This document shows positions 30,334-40,481 of a DNA stretch of 64,000 nt, piece after piece (position 1 is the first letter of the stretch; every line of letters starts with the position of its first letter). The stretch is from Actinomycetota bacterium. GTDB taxonomy: Bacteria; Actinomycetota; Acidimicrobiia; IMCC26256; VFJJ01. The DNA is taken from positions 1 to 64,000 of the forward strand of contig VFJJ01000051.1 in assembly GCA_009886115.1 (NCBI GenBank), written 5' to 3'. Position numbers and translations under genes: made by a program. The notes beneath the pieces are model-generated. The model worked only from the letters and a program-made list of their open reading frames with translations, was not told the origin of the DNA and searched no databases.

Positions 30334-30917
30334 CGCTGCCCCTCCTCCGTCACGGGCCTCACGTCGTCGAGACCGCCGAGCCCCGCATCGACACCATCGT
30401 CATCGACCACATCGACCACATCGGCATCGGGCCCATCGTCATCGTCGATTTCTTCGAGGTCATCGTCGTCGTCGTCCTCGACGTCATCGTCATCGAGACG
30501 AGCTCGCGGAACCCGATAGTTCGACTCGTCGACGGCGACCTCGTGGTCGGCCCCGTCCCAGCTCCTGAGGATGTCGTCGATCCGGGATCCGACAGCCGGG
30601 GCCAGGTCCTCGGAGAAGGTCAGGTGAGGAACGTACCGCAGACGCAGCCGCTGGCCCAAGGCTTCCTTGACGCGGGGTACCAGCCGTACCAAGGCCGCAC
30701 TGGTGTCGAGCCGCTCGGACGGCTCCGGATCGCGCAGCCGCCCCTCGTCCTGGCGCGCGCTGGTGTAGTACGCCGTCGCTTCCCGAAGATCGCCGGTGAC
30801 GTCGACCCCGGTGACCGTAAACCATCCGAGTCGGGGGTCGTCGAGCAGCTCGAGCTCCTCGGCGATGACCTCTCGGATCGCTTCGGAGACCCTGGCCGTG
30901 CGGGTGCCCTTCTTCAT
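30330..30917 (-). CDS. rbfA: Ribosome-binding factor A with long acidic C-terminal tail
   Basis: RTARVSEAIREVIA, DPRLG, VTGVDVTGDL and LRLRYVPHLTF motifs. Confidence 0.9.
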   Translation of the reverse strand: MKKGTRTARVSEAIREVIAEELELLDDPRLGWFTVTGVDVTGDLREATAYYTSARQDEGRLRDPEPSERLDTSAALVRLVPRVKEALGQRLRLRYVPHLTFSEDLAPAVGSRIDDILRSWDGADHEVAVDESNYRVPRARLDDDDVEDDDDDDLEEIDDDDGPDADVVDVVDDDGVDAGLGGLDDVRPVTEEGQR

Positions 30918-31216
30918 GGCTCATCCAGCTCTGCATAGGTGGTCGAGATCTCCAAGACCTCGACATCGGGCGCGGTGTCCACGAATCGTTCCATGACGGC
31001 GAGCTGATCCTCCAAGTGGCCGTGCGTCGCCGAAACCAAGGCCACCCCGATTGTGGCCCTCTGCCACAGATCGTGATGGTCGACCTCGGCCACCGACCAG
31101 TGGAAACGGTGCCGCAACCCTTCGACGATCGGTCGGAGCACGGCCCGTTTCGCCTTGAGGGAACGGGCCTCGGGGATGTGCAGCTCGATGCGGACCGTCG
31201 CCGCGTGCAGAGGCAT
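30914..31216 (-). CDS. DUF503 (YlxP) family protein
   Basis: ELHIPEARSLKAKRAVL...SVAEVDHHDLWQRATIGVA. Confidence 0.9.
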   Translation of the reverse strand: MPLHAATVRIELHIPEARSLKAKRAVLRPIVEGLRHRFHWSVAEVDHHDLWQRATIGVALVSATHGHLEDQLAVMERFVDTAPDVEVLEISTTYAELDEP

Positions 31217-31230
31217 CGTGGTGGCCCGCG

Positions 31231-32190
31231 TCACCGTCGGCGCCGGCGGGCACGGCCGGCCACGGCCTGCGACTCGGCCGAGATCTCGGCGCTCAGCTTG
31301 CCGTGATTCGCCCATCGATCGGGGTCGAGACGACCGGCCCCGATCGCCCGGGCGATGGCGCACCCCGGCTCGCCGTTGTGGCGGCAATCGTGGAAGCGGC
31401 ACTGGACGACCAACGCGGCGATGTCGGGAAAGGCCTCGGCCAGCGCCGAGTCGCTCATCATGGCCACGTTGCGCAGGCCCGGCGTGTCGATGAGCGCTCC
31501 CCCGCCGGGCAGCTCGACGAGTTGACGGACCGATGTGGTGTGGCGGCCCCGCCGGTCGCCGGAGCGGACATCGCCGATGGCCTGCACGTCGCGACCCACC
31601 AGGGCGTTGGTGAGCGTCGACTTCCCGGCGCCCGACGGGCCCAGGAGCACCGAGGTGAGACCGGCGAGGCGGGCCTTCAGCTCGGCCACTCCCACACCGG
31701 TGGTGGCGCTGACCGCCATCACCTCGACCCTCGCACCTCCGAGGCGTCGCGTGAGCAGCGCGACCGCTCTGGCCGTGGGGTCGACGACTCCATCGTCGGC
31801 CCGCTGAGCGCTCCCGCCGCGGCTCGCGATCGCGCTCGCCGAGGCGGCGCCGGAGACGAACAGATCGGACTTGGTGAGCAACACCAGGGGCTCGGCGCCG
31901 CTGCTCTTGACGATCACCAACTCGCGTTCGACGCGGTTGGCGTTGATCGGACGGTCGAGACCGTGGATCAGCACCACGACGTCGACATTGGCCGCCAGCA
32001 CCTGGACCGCACCGTCGAGGCGCGGGTCCTGGCGCACGAGCGCCGACCGGCGTGCGGCGATGGCCACGAGTCGCCGGTCGACGACCGACACCCGGTCGCC
32101 GACCGCCGGCAGCACGTTCTCGAATCGAGCCCTCACCTCGTCACCGCCGTCGAACGCAACGGTGCAATCGATGCGCTCGACCCTCACCAC
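31231..32190 (-). CDS. rsgA: Small ribosomal subunit biogenesis GTPase RsgA
   Basis: Circularly permuted GTPase: LAANVD, TKSD, GPSGAGKST, GRHTT, DTPG, Zn finger CRFHDCRHNGEPGC. Start is uncertain; I chose GTG 32190, but the frame stays open up to the infB stop. Confidence 0.88.
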   Translation of the reverse strand: MVRVERIDCTVAFDGGDEVRARFENVLPAVGDRVSVVDRRLVAIAARRSALVRQDPRLDGAVQVLAANVDVVVLIHGLDRPINANRVERELVIVKSSGAEPLVLLTKSDLFVSGAASASAIASRGGSAQRADDGVVDPTARAVALLTRRLGGARVEVMAVSATTGVGVAELKARLAGLTSVLLGPSGAGKSTLTNALVGRDVQAIGDVRSGDRRGRHTTSVRQLVELPGGGALIDTPGLRNVAMMSDSALAEAFPDIAALVVQCRFHDCRHNGEPGCAIARAIGAGRLDPDRWANHGKLSAEISAESQAVAGRARRRRR

Positions 32191-32264
32191 CCGGCCTTCA
32201 CGAAGGTCGGGCGGTGAGGCGGCTCGGCTGCGATCGGGATCGATGCCGGCCCGGGAGCCCGGAG

Positions 32265-35200
32265 TCAGGTCCGCGGGATCTCCCGCATCGTGTAGGTCTC
32301 GATGAGGTCGCCGCCCTTGAGGTCCTGGAAGTTCTCGAGGCCGACACCGCACTCGAAGCCCGACTGGACCTCGCGCACGTCGTCCTTGAACCGGCGCAGC
32401 GATGCGATCTCGCCCTTCCAGATGATGACGCCCTCACGGAGGAAGCGGACCAACGAGCCTCGGGTGATGGTGCCGTGGCGCACCATGCAGCCGGCGACCC
32501 GACCGACACGGGGGATCGCGAAGATCTCGCGGACCTCGGCCTCGCCCGTGACGACTTCCTCGAACTCCGGCTGGAGCAGACCCAGCATGGCGTTCTGGAT
32601 GTCTTCAATCACCTGGTAGATGACTTCGTAGAGGCGAACCTCGACATCCTCGTGGGCGGCCAGGTCGCGAGCGATCCGGTCGGGCCGCACGTTGAACCCG
32701 ATGATCGTGGCGTTCGACGCCATCGCCAGCTGGATGTCGTTCTCGGTGATGCCGCCCACGCCGCGGTGCACGAAGGCCAGCTTCACATCGTCGCGCTCGA
32801 GCTTGCGGAGCGACTCGACGATGGCTTCCAGCGAGCCCTGCACGTCGGCCTTGACGATGAGGTTGAGCGTGGCCACCTCGCCCCGCTGGATGTGGGCGAA
32901 GATGTCTTCGAGCTTGGTGCCGCCGTGGCCGACCGCGGCCGAGCCGATGAGCTCGGCCTGGCGACGCCGACGCGACCGGGCCTGGGCGATGGTCCGGGCG
33001 ATCTTGTCGTCGGGAGCGACCCGGAGATCGTCACCGGCCGATGGCACCTCGTCGAAGCCCAGCACCTGCACCGGCGTCGACGGTCCGGCCTCGGTGAGAC
33101 GGTTTCCGTGCTCGTCGAGCATGGCCCGCACCCGGCCCCAGGCGCCACCGGCAACCACGGGATCACCGATGCGCAGCGTTCCGCGTTGGATGAGCGCCGT
33201 GGCGACGGGGCCCCGCCCGATGTCGAGGTGTCCTTCGAGCACCACGCCCCGGGCGGGGGCGACGGGGCTGGCCTGGAGCTCGGCGAGAAGCTCCTCGTCG
33301 TTGTCGGCCATGAGCAAGATGGCCTCGAGCAGGTCGTCGACACCGAGGTTCTGCAGGGCCGAGAGCTCGACCATCATGGTCGTGCCGCCCCACTCCTCGG
33401 GGATCAGACCGTGCTCGGAGAGCTGCTGACGCACCCGGGTCGGGTCGGCGTCCTCCTTGTCGATCTTGTTGATCGCGACGATGATCGGGACCTCGGCCGC
33501 CTTGGCGTGGTTGAGCGCCTCGATCGTCTGCGGCATCACCCCGTCGTCGGCGGCGACGACGAGCACCGCGATGTCGGTGGCCTGGGCGCCACGGGCGCGC
33601 ATCGCGGTGAATGCCTCGTGTCCGGGGGTGTCGATGAACGTGATCTTCCGGCCGTCCTGATCGACCTGGTAGGCCCCGATGTGCTGGGTGATCCCACCGG
33701 CCTCCGAGGCGACGACGTTCGCCTCTCGGATGCGGTCGAGCAACTTGGTCTTGCCGTGGTCGACGTGACCCATGACCGTCACCACGGGGGGACGGATCAC
33801 GAGATCTTCTTCAGCGTCTTCGAGCTCGTCGTCGGCGAACAGCGCCTGGAGCTCGTGCTCCTCCTCGGAGCCCGGGTCGACCAGGATGAGCTGGTCTGCG
33901 ATGCCGAAGTCTTCGAAGACGAGCTCGATCATCTCGTCGGTGAGCGACTGGGTGCCCGTGACCATCTCGCCGGCGTTGAACAAGATCCGGACGAGGTCGG
34001 CGGCCGTGCGGCTGAGCCGGGCGCCGAGCACCTGGCACGACGTGCCGCGGGGGACGACGATGTCGCCGTCGGGCAACGGGGCGTCCTTGGGCGTGTACGA
34101 CATCTGCTGGGGGGTCAGCTCGTCGAGCTGGCGACGCCCCTTCTTCTTCTTGGGCCGCCGCTGCTGGGGCTGAGGGCCCCGCCCGCGCCCACCCGGACCA
34201 CCGCCGGGACCACCGCCGGGACCACCGCCACCAGGACGGGCGAAACCGCCGGGACCACCACCGCCAGGAGCACCGCCGCCAGGGCGGGCGAAGCCACCGC
34301 CACCACCAGGAGCACCGCCGCCAGGACGGGCGAAGCCACCGCCACCACCAGGACGGGGACCGCTGGTTTGACCACCACGACCGGCTCCGAAACCACCGCC
34401 ACCCGGCCCCGCAGGCCGGCCCATACCGGGCGGAGGAGGCGGACGCTTTCCCATGCCGGGCGGGGGCGGAACGGTCTTGCCCGACGGAGCGCGAGGCGGC
34501 GACGGACGGCTGGGTGCCGCACCGTCGACCGGCGCACCGGGTGCAACTGGAGCTGTCGGGGCTGCTGCGGCCACCGCGGGACGCATCACGGCGCCAGGAA
34601 CCGGCGTCGGGAGCTCGATGTTCGGAAGGCCTTCCGGCCGACGAACGTCATGACGCTCGCCCGGCACGATCGGGGCGACCGGGCGCTCGACGGGGACCGG
34701 AGGCGGGGGGCTCGACCGGACGATGGAGCGTCCCTCGGTCGAGCGCACGATGCGGTGCGTGCCGGCGTCGACGGGTGCCGCCGACGCCGCTACGGGCTGG
34801 CGCGCCGGGTCGACGGGCAACCCCGTTGCCACCGTTGCCACCGTTGCCACCGTCACGACCGGGGCATCGACCGCTGCCGCGACCCGTCGCTCGGGCGGGG
34901 CGGGAGCCTCGATCGCCTCGCGAGCGACGGGCTCGAGCGCGGCAGCAGTCGCCGTCTCGACGAGTGTCGCCACTTCGGCCACGGCCACGACCACGGCCGC
35001 GGGCTCGGCGGCCGTCTCGGCAGGCCCGGCAGCGCTCATGGCCCGACCCTTCGCCGGCGCCGGCTCCTCGGGGGGAGCCTGCTCGGGAGGACGGGTCAGA
35101 CCGTCGGCGTGCGCCTTGCGGGCGACGCGATCGGCCAATGCCTGGTCGATCGAGGCCGAATGGCTCTTGACGCCGGCCTTGTAGCGCTCCATGACGTCGA

Positions 35201-35267
35201 GCATCTCCGCGTTGGAGAGCCCCAGCTCACGCGCCAGCTCGTAGACCCTGATCTTCTTGGGTGCCAA
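32265..35267 (-). CDS. infB: Translation initiation factor IF-2
   Basis: [13 protein letters not shown]-terminus, [24 protein letters not shown] start; Gly/Pro-rich linker. Confidence 0.98.
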   Translation of the reverse strand: MAPKKIRVYELARELGLSNAEMLDVMERYKAGVKSHSASIDQALADRVARKAHADGLTRPPEQAPPEEPAPAKGRAMSAAGPAETAAEPAAVVVAVAEVATLVETATAAALEPVAREAIEAPAPPERRVAAAVDAPVVTVATVATVATGLPVDPARQPVAASAAPVDAGTHRIVRSTEGRSIVRSSPPPPVPVERPVAPIVPGERHDVRRPEGLPNIELPTPVPGAVMRPAVAAAAPTAPVAPGAPVDGAAPSRPSPPRAPSGKTVPPPPGMGKRPPPPPGMGRPAGPGGGGFGAGRGGQTSGPRPGGGGGFARPGGGAPGGGGGFARPGGGAPGGGGPGGFARPGGGGPGGGPGGGPGGRGRGPQPQQRRPKKKKGRRQLDELTPQQMSYTPKDAPLPDGDIVVPRGTSCQVLGARLSRTAADLVRILFNAGEMVTGTQSLTDEMIELVFEDFGIADQLILVDPGSEEEHELQALFADDELEDAEEDLVIRPPVVTVMGHVDHGKTKLLDRIREANVVASEAGGITQHIGAYQVDQDGRKITFIDTPGHEAFTAMRARGAQATDIAVLVVAADDGVMPQTIEALNHAKAAEVPIIVAINKIDKEDADPTRVRQQLSEHGLIPEEWGGTTMMVELSALQNLGVDDLLEAILLMADNDEELLAELQASPVAPARGVVLEGHLDIGRGPVATALIQRGTLRIGDPVVAGGAWGRVRAMLDEHGNRLTEAGPSTPVQVLGFDEVPSAGDDLRVAPDDKIARTIAQARSRRRRQAELIGSAAVGHGGTKLEDIFAHIQRGEVATLNLIVKADVQGSLEAIVESLRKLERDDVKLAFVHRGVGGITENDIQLAMASNATIIGFNVRPDRIARDLAAHEDVEVRLYEVIYQVIEDIQNAMLGLLQPEFEEVVTGEAEVREIFAIPRVGRVAGCMVRHGTITRGSLVRFLREGVIIWKGEIASLRRFKDDVREVQSGFECGVGLENFQDLKGGDLIETYTMREIPRT

Positions 35268-35327
35268 GTGTTGTGTTCCCGCTCGTCGTCTCGTCCCGCC
35301 GGGCGCCTGTCGCCCCCGTCGTTCCTG

Positions 35328-35645
35328 CTACTCGGTTGTGGCGCTCACCAGCTCGTGCGGGCCGGCCTCATCGTTTCCCTGATCAGCAGCACCAAACAGT
35401 CTCGCACGCAGCGCGGTCAATGCTTCAGTCGAAACCGGTGAACGTAGTGCCCGCGTGAATTGTTGTCGATCGGAAGCCCGATCGAAGCACGCAGCCGACC
35501 CTGCGCACAACCAGGCACCCCGCCCCGGCGCCCGGCGGTCGTCGGTGAGACGCCCGTCGGATCCGAGTGCCATCCGTACGAGGTGCTCCGGTGTCGTGAC
35601 CCGCCGGCACCCGATGCAGGTGCGCCGCGGGCCCTCGTCGTTCAC
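35328..35645 (-). CDS. ylxR: YlxR/RnpM (DUF448) RNA-binding protein
   Basis: PRRTCIGCR and GRGAWLC...C motifs; GTG overlaps the nusA stop. Confidence 0.9.
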   Translation of the reverse strand: MNDEGPRRTCIGCRRVTTPEHLVRMALGSDGRLTDDRRAPGRGAWLCAGSAACFDRASDRQQFTRALRSPVSTEALTALRARLFGAADQGNDEAGPHELVSATTE

Positions 35646-36964
35646 CCTGGATTCGCTCCTTCGTCGACACCTTCGACTTCATCGACGGCGACGGCGACGG
35701 CCGCTTCGCTGTCGTCCGCCGTCTCCACGGCCGCGTCGCCCACGGCAACTTCGCCCACGGCGGCTTCCACCACGGCGACTTCCACCGGATCACCCGCGGG
35801 TGCTCCTGCTTCGGATTCGTCGTGCGGCGTCGTCGCCACGGTCGAGGCGTTCCCAGCTGCTTCTTCGTAGCCGAGCTGCGCAGCGGGGATCGCCTCGCCC
35901 CCGTCGGCCGGCTGGAACATGAGTGCGCCTTCGTCGTTGCGGAACCACTCACCCTCGGCGTAGTCGTCCTCGGGCTCGTCGACGGCGGTGGCGAGCTGCG
36001 TCTCGCTCTTGATGTTGATCTGCCAGCCGGTGAGGCGGTACGCGAGCCGGGCGTTCTGGCCTTCCTTGCCGATCGCCAGCGAGAGCTGCGAGTCGGGCAC
36101 GATCACCAGCGCCACCCCGGTCTCGGGGTTGAGCTGGACTTCCTTGACCTTGGCCGGCGACAGCGCCCGCATCACGAACTCGGCCGGGTCGGGCGAGTAG
36201 GGAACGATGTCGACCTTCTCGCCGCGCAGCTCGTTCACGACCATGCGCACCCGCGAGCCTCGGGCCCCCACGCATGCGCCGACCGGGTCGACGTTGTTGT
36301 TGTTCGAGTGGACCGCGATCTTCGAGCGGTGCCCGGGCTCTCGGGCCAGGGCCTTGACGACGACCACGTTGTCGGAGATCTCGGGGACCTCGAGTTCGAA
36401 CAACCGCTTGACCAGCCCGGGGTGCGTACGGGACACGACGATCTGGGGGCCCTTGGACGTGCGCCGCACCTCGACGATGTACGCCTTGAGTCGCGAGCCG
36501 TGCTCGTAGCGCTCCTGCGGGACCTGCTCGGCCTGCGGCAGCAGCGCCTCGACCCGTCCCAGGTCGAGCAGCGTGTACCGCTGGTCGGTCTGCTGGATGA
36601 TCCCCGTGACGATGTCGCCCTCGCGTCCGGCGTACTCCTCGTACTTCATCTCCCGCTCGGCCTCGCGGATCCGCTGCATGATGACCTGCTTGGCCGTCTG
36701 CGCTGCGATGCGTCCGAAGTCCTTGGGCGTGTCGTCCCACTCGCGGGTGATGTTGCCGTCCTCGTCGACCTCTTGGGCGAACACGGCGATCTCGCCCGTC
36801 TCGGCGTCGATCTCGACGATCGCCTCTTCAGCCGCTCCCTGGAGCCGCTTGTAGGCCATCACCAGTGCGTTGGCGAGTGCTTCGAGGAGGATCTCGACGT
36901 CGATCCCCTTCTCGCGCTCGATGACCTTGAGCGCCTCGATGAGCTCGGCGTTGGCCGCCATCAT
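35642..36964 (-). CDS. nusA: Transcription termination/antitermination factor NusA
   Basis: FGRIAAQTAKQVI, SRTHPGLV, AREPGHRSKIAV and SLAIGKEGQNARLA motifs; ATGA overlap with rimP. Confidence 0.97.
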   Translation of the reverse strand: MMAANAELIEALKVIEREKGIDVEILLEALANALVMAYKRLQGAAEEAIVEIDAETGEIAVFAQEVDEDGNITREWDDTPKDFGRIAAQTAKQVIMQRIREAEREMKYEEYAGREGDIVTGIIQQTDQRYTLLDLGRVEALLPQAEQVPQERYEHGSRLKAYIVEVRRTSKGPQIVVSRTHPGLVKRLFELEVPEISDNVVVVKALAREPGHRSKIAVHSNNNNVDPVGACVGARGSRVRMVVNELRGEKVDIVPYSPDPAEFVMRALSPAKVKEVQLNPETGVALVIVPDSQLSLAIGKEGQNARLAYRLTGWQINIKSETQLATAVDEPEDDYAEGEWFRNDEGALMFQPADGGEAIPAAQLGYEEAAGNASTVATTPHDESEAGAPAGDPVEVAVVEAAVGEVAVGDAAVETADDSEAAVAVAVDEVEGVDEGANPG

Positions 36965-37491
36965 CGCCCCCTTGTCGTGGTGGAAGGTGCAGTTGGGCGA
37001 GTGGGTCGGGGTGCCGGACCCCACTCGAAGACCGTGTGGGCGCTGGCGATCTGGTCGTACCCGATGCGCCGGAGCTCGTCGCCGACGAGCACGTCGACAC
37101 CTTCGTCATCGCTGCCATGGAGCGTTCCCTGATGGCGGCGCTGGCCGGAGACGAGGCCGGTCGTCTTGACGGCGATGGTGGTTCCGCGGGCCCGCTCGAA
37201 GTGCAACGGGCGGCGGAGGGGCCGCTCGAGGCCGGGGCTCGAGACCTCGAGGGTGTACCGACCGGCGAAGAGCGCTCCCCGATCGCCGTCGAGCTCGTCG
37301 AGGACCGGGTTGACCGCCCTGGTGACCTCCGTGATGGCGTCGAGATCGACGCCGCCCTCACGGTCGATGAGTACCCGCAGGATCGTGGACGTGCCCGTGG
37401 TGACCAGCTCCACGTCGTAGAGCTCGGTCCCGAGCTCGTCGAGGAGAGGAGCGATACGGCTGCGGATGCGTTCGATCTTGTCGACCGCCAT
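36961..37491 (-). CDS. rimP: Ribosome maturation factor RimP
   Basis: LRVLIDREGGV and YTLEVSSPGLERPL motifs; AGGAGGAG RBS. Confidence 0.94.
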   Translation of the reverse strand: MAVDKIERIRSRIAPLLDELGTELYDVELVTTGTSTILRVLIDREGGVDLDAITEVTRAVNPVLDELDGDRGALFAGRYTLEVSSPGLERPLRRPLHFERARGTTIAVKTTGLVSGQRRHQGTLHGSDDEGVDVLVGDELRRIGYDQIASAHTVFEWGPAPRPTRPTAPSTTTRGR

Positions 37492-37530
37492 GCGGCTCCT
37501 CCTTCTCGGTCGCTCGGTCTGGTTCGGGCC

Positions 37531-37560
37531 AACAAAAAGACGTGGGCCAGCGCCCACGTC
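37531..37560 (-). terminator. rimP leader terminator/attenuator hairpin
   Basis: Minus strand reads GACGTGGGC-GCTG-GCCCACGTC-TTTTTGTT (the GGGc...gCCC rimP leader motif), downstream of the extended -10 TGGTAACCT at 37612-37620. Confidence 0.8.
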
Positions 37561-37649
37561 CAGGTCGTTCCCCTTGCGGGCCACCCGTCGGACATCCCGG
37601 GCGGCTCCGGCAGGTTACCACAGGAGGGCGCAGAGGCCAGGCACCGGCG

Positions 37650-39431
37650 TCAGGGCCGGACGCCACCCAGCACGCCGGCTGCGTCGGCCAGGGGGAGCTC
37701 GTCGCGCGTCCCCGTCGCCCTGATCTTGCGCTCGACCACGCCCCGTCCGACCCCCTTGGCTCCCACGATGACCTGCACCGGGATCCCGAGCAGGTCGGCG
37801 TCGGCGAACTTCACCCCCGGGCTCGCTTCACGATCGTCGAAGAGCACGTCGACACCCGCCGCCACCAGATCGGCGTAGAGCTGCTCGGCCGCTGCAGCCG
37901 CCGTCACCGCGGCCTCGCCCTTGCCAGCCAGCGCGAGCAGGTGCACGTCGAACGGCGCCAGCTCGGCGGGCCATTTCAGACCCTGCTCGTCGTGGTGCTC
38001 CTCGGTGACGGCTGCGACGACCCGCGAAACGCCGATGCCGTAGCAGCCCATCACCATCGGGTGTTGCGCTCCGTCGGCGTCGGTGTACTCCGCCCCCAGC
38101 GCCGTCGAGTACTTGGTGCCGAGTTGGAAGGTGTGGCCGACCTCGATCCCGCGGTCGACTCGCAGCGGCGATCGGCACAGCGGACACGAATCGCCGGTCA
38201 CCACCGCGGCGACCGGGGCCCATGTGTCGACGCGGAAGTCGCGTCCGAGCACCGCGTCGCGAACGTGGTGCTCGGCCCGGTTGGCGCCGGTGACCCAGCT
38301 CGCCCTGTCGCGTACCGCGGGATCGGCGATGATCAGGGCCACGTCGGGATGATGTGGCCCGATGTAGCCCCGGGGCAGATCGGGGCGGGCGGCGAAGGCC
38401 TCGTCGTCGAGCGGGACGGCCTTGGCCGGTGCGACCACCCCGGCCAGGGCGTACTCGTTGACGGTCCGGTCGCCTGGCACCAGTGCCAGCCCGAGGCGCC
38501 CGTCGAGCGCGCCGCCGGCGAAGCTGAACGCGAAGCACTTGAGCGTGACGCCGGCGTCGATGCCGAGCTGCTCGGCCACGGCGGCGATCGTCGCCGCATC
38601 GGGCGTGTGGACGGGCGTCATCGCGGGAACGCCGTCACCAAGAGGCGCGAGCGACGGCGTCGCCGTCGGAGCCAGCTCGCCGTCGGCATCGACGGCGGAG
38701 CTGGTGTGACGGATCGCCCGGGTGGCGGCTTCCACGTTGGCGGCGTAGGTGCAGGCCTGACACCAGACGAAGTCGTCCTCCCCCACCGCGGCCACGGCCA
38801 TGAACTCGTGGTTCACGTCGCCGCCGATCTCGCCCGACTGGGCCACGACCGGACGGAACGTCAGGCCGCAGCGCTCGAACACCCGGTGGTAGGCGTCGAA
38901 CATGAGCTGATAGTTGGCCCGGAGGCCATCGACGTCGACGTCGAAGGAGTACCCGTCCTTCATCAGGAACTCGCGCCCCCGGAGCAGGCCGAACCGGGGC
39001 CGGAGCTCGTCGCGGTACTTCCAGCCGATCTGGTAGAGGTTCACGGGCAGGTCTCGGTACGACGAGAGCTCGCCGGCCACGAGCGAGGTGACGACCTCTT
39101 CGGCCGTGGGAGCGAGGCAGAACTCCGACTCCTTGCGGTCCTGGAGCTTGAACATCAACGGCCCGTACGCCTGGTCGCGCCCGGTCTGGGCCCACAGCTC
39201 GAGGGGCTGGATCTGGGGAAGCAGCACCTCCTGGGCCCCAGCGGCGTCCATCTCCTCCCTCACGATCTGCTCGACCTTGCGCAACACCCGGTAGCCCAAC
39301 GGGAGCCAGGAGTAGATGCCGGCGGCGACCTTGCGGATGTAGCCCGCCCGCACGAGCAGCTTGTGACTCTCGACCTCGGCGTCGGAGGGGTCGTCGCGCA
39401 GCGTGCGCAGGAACAGCCGGCTCATTCGCAT
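37650..39431 (-). CDS. proS: Proline--tRNA ligase (with editing domain)
   Basis: MRMSRLFLRTLRDDP, LAPTAEE, KYRDELRPRFGLLRGREFLMKD, GHTFQLG and MGCYGIGVSR motifs. Confidence 0.97.
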   Translation of the reverse strand: MRMSRLFLRTLRDDPSDAEVESHKLLVRAGYIRKVAAGIYSWLPLGYRVLRKVEQIVREEMDAAGAQEVLLPQIQPLELWAQTGRDQAYGPLMFKLQDRKESEFCLAPTAEEVVTSLVAGELSSYRDLPVNLYQIGWKYRDELRPRFGLLRGREFLMKDGYSFDVDVDGLRANYQLMFDAYHRVFERCGLTFRPVVAQSGEIGGDVNHEFMAVAAVGEDDFVWCQACTYAANVEAATRAIRHTSSAVDADGELAPTATPSLAPLGDGVPAMTPVHTPDAATIAAVAEQLGIDAGVTLKCFAFSFAGGALDGRLGLALVPGDRTVNEYALAGVVAPAKAVPLDDEAFAARPDLPRGYIGPHHPDVALIIADPAVRDRASWVTGANRAEHHVRDAVLGRDFRVDTWAPVAAVVTGDSCPLCRSPLRVDRGIEVGHTFQLGTKYSTALGAEYTDADGAQHPMVMGCYGIGVSRVVAAVTEEHHDEQGLKWPAELAPFDVHLLALAGKGEAAVTAAAAAEQLYADLVAAGVDVLFDDREASPGVKFADADLLGIPVQVIVGAKGVGRGVVERKIRATGTRDELPLADAAGVLGGVRP

Positions 39432-39458
39432 GGCCGGGGAGGTTACGCGCCACTGCAT

Positions 39459-39514
39459 GCCGACCAGGAGTGAGTTGAGCCCGGCAGGTCCCGGACAACT
39501 CACTCCTGGTCGGC
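39459..39514. repeat. Perfect 19-bp inverted repeat with an 18-nt spacer (REP-like)
   Basis: GCCGACCAGGAGTGAGTTG-N18-CAACTCACTCCTGGTCGGC. Confidence 0.92.
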
Positions 39515-39574
39515 TGGGGGCGGGCCTGGGGGCGGGCCTGGGGCGGGCTGGGGGCGGGGGCCTGGGGGCCGGGC
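39514..39574 (+). repeat. G-rich tandem repeat (~5 x CTGGGGGCGGGC), G-quadruplex-type motif
   Basis: Ten runs of three or more G within ~60 nt. Confidence 0.8.
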
Positions 39575-39603
39575 CAGCGGTTCTGCTGGCCTACCGTGGG
39601 GTC

Positions 39604-40389
39604 GTGACCGGCCTGCACCACACAGCAGCGGTCGGCTTCGAACGGGCGGCCGAGGCGTACGAACGGGGGCGTCCGTCGTACCCGACGACGGCCATCGCCG
39701 CGCTGGTGCGGGCCACGGGCGCCGACCACCGCTCGACCGTGCTCGACGTCGCGGCGGGCACCGGCAAGCTCACACGGCTCCTGAGCGCCACGGGCCTCGG
39801 ACGGTTGATCGCCGTCGAGCCGGTCGAGGCCATGCGGCGGACCTGTTCGGCAGCCGTCCCCCGGGTGCCCGTCGTCGCGGGGCTGGCCCAGGCGCTCCCG
39901 CTGCGCGACGGCGTGGCCGACGTGATCACCGTCGGCCAGGCCTTCCACTGGTTCGCCGGACCCGAGGCCCTCGCCGAGCTGCACCGGGTGCTGAAGCCCA
40001 AGGGGTGCTTGGCTCTCGTGTGGAACGTGCCCGATACGAGCCTCGGTCAAGACGGCTGGGTGGCCGCCCTCGAGGTGATCGCCGACCGTCACCTCGGCGA
40101 CACGCCGAACCAGCGGAGCGGCAACTGGCGGACCGCGTTCGACGACCAGCCGTGGTTCGGGCCCTTGTCACACCAGGCGTTCACGTCGCTCCAGCACCTC
40201 TCGCCCGAGGCTGTCGTCGACCGGATCGCTTCGGTGAGCGTCATCGCCGCCCTACCCGACGCCGAGCACCGCTCCGTGCGGGCCGAGCTGGCCGAGCTCG
40301 TCGCCACCCATCCCGACACCGCCGGCCGAGCAGAGATCGCGCTCCCCCACCAGACCGATCTCTACGTGGCCCGACGCCTCCCCCTCTGA
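39604..40389 (+). CDS. Class I SAM-dependent methyltransferase
   Basis: GFERAAEAYERGRPSYP, VLDVAAGTGKLT, AVEP and GQAFHWF motifs. TACCGT lies 6 nt before the GTG. Confidence 0.9.
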   Translation: MTGLHHTAAVGFERAAEAYERGRPSYPTTAIAALVRATGADHRSTVLDVAAGTGKLTRLLSATGLGRLIAVEPVEAMRRTCSAAVPRVPVVAGLAQALPLRDGVADVITVGQAFHWFAGPEALAELHRVLKPKGCLALVWNVPDTSLGQDGWVAALEVIADRHLGDTPNQRSGNWRTAFDDQPWFGPLSHQAFTSLQHLSPEAVVDRIASVSVIAALPDAEHRSVRAELAELVATHPDTAGRAEIALPHQTDLYVARRLPL

Positions 40390-40481
40390 GCGGTCACGCT
40401 GAGCTTCGCCTGGAGCGCACAACGACGCTCACCCCGCTCGGCCACTACCCTCCGTACACTTGGCATTTCACGGGGGGAACC

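Noticed and set aside
34190..34860. Gly-rich GGFARPGGG repeats and a VAT x3 repeat within infB
   Set aside because: These are in-frame low-complexity repeats typical of actinobacterial IF-2 N-terminal linkers.
32052..35441. 1129-aa plus-strand ORF, and similar long ORFs at 48386-51343, 8532-10706, 886-2706 and 42696-44690
   Set aside because: These are antisense shadows of core genes (infB, pyrH-tsf-rpsB, ftsK, miaB, ispG-rseP). They are expected in high-GC DNA and carry no recognisable motifs.
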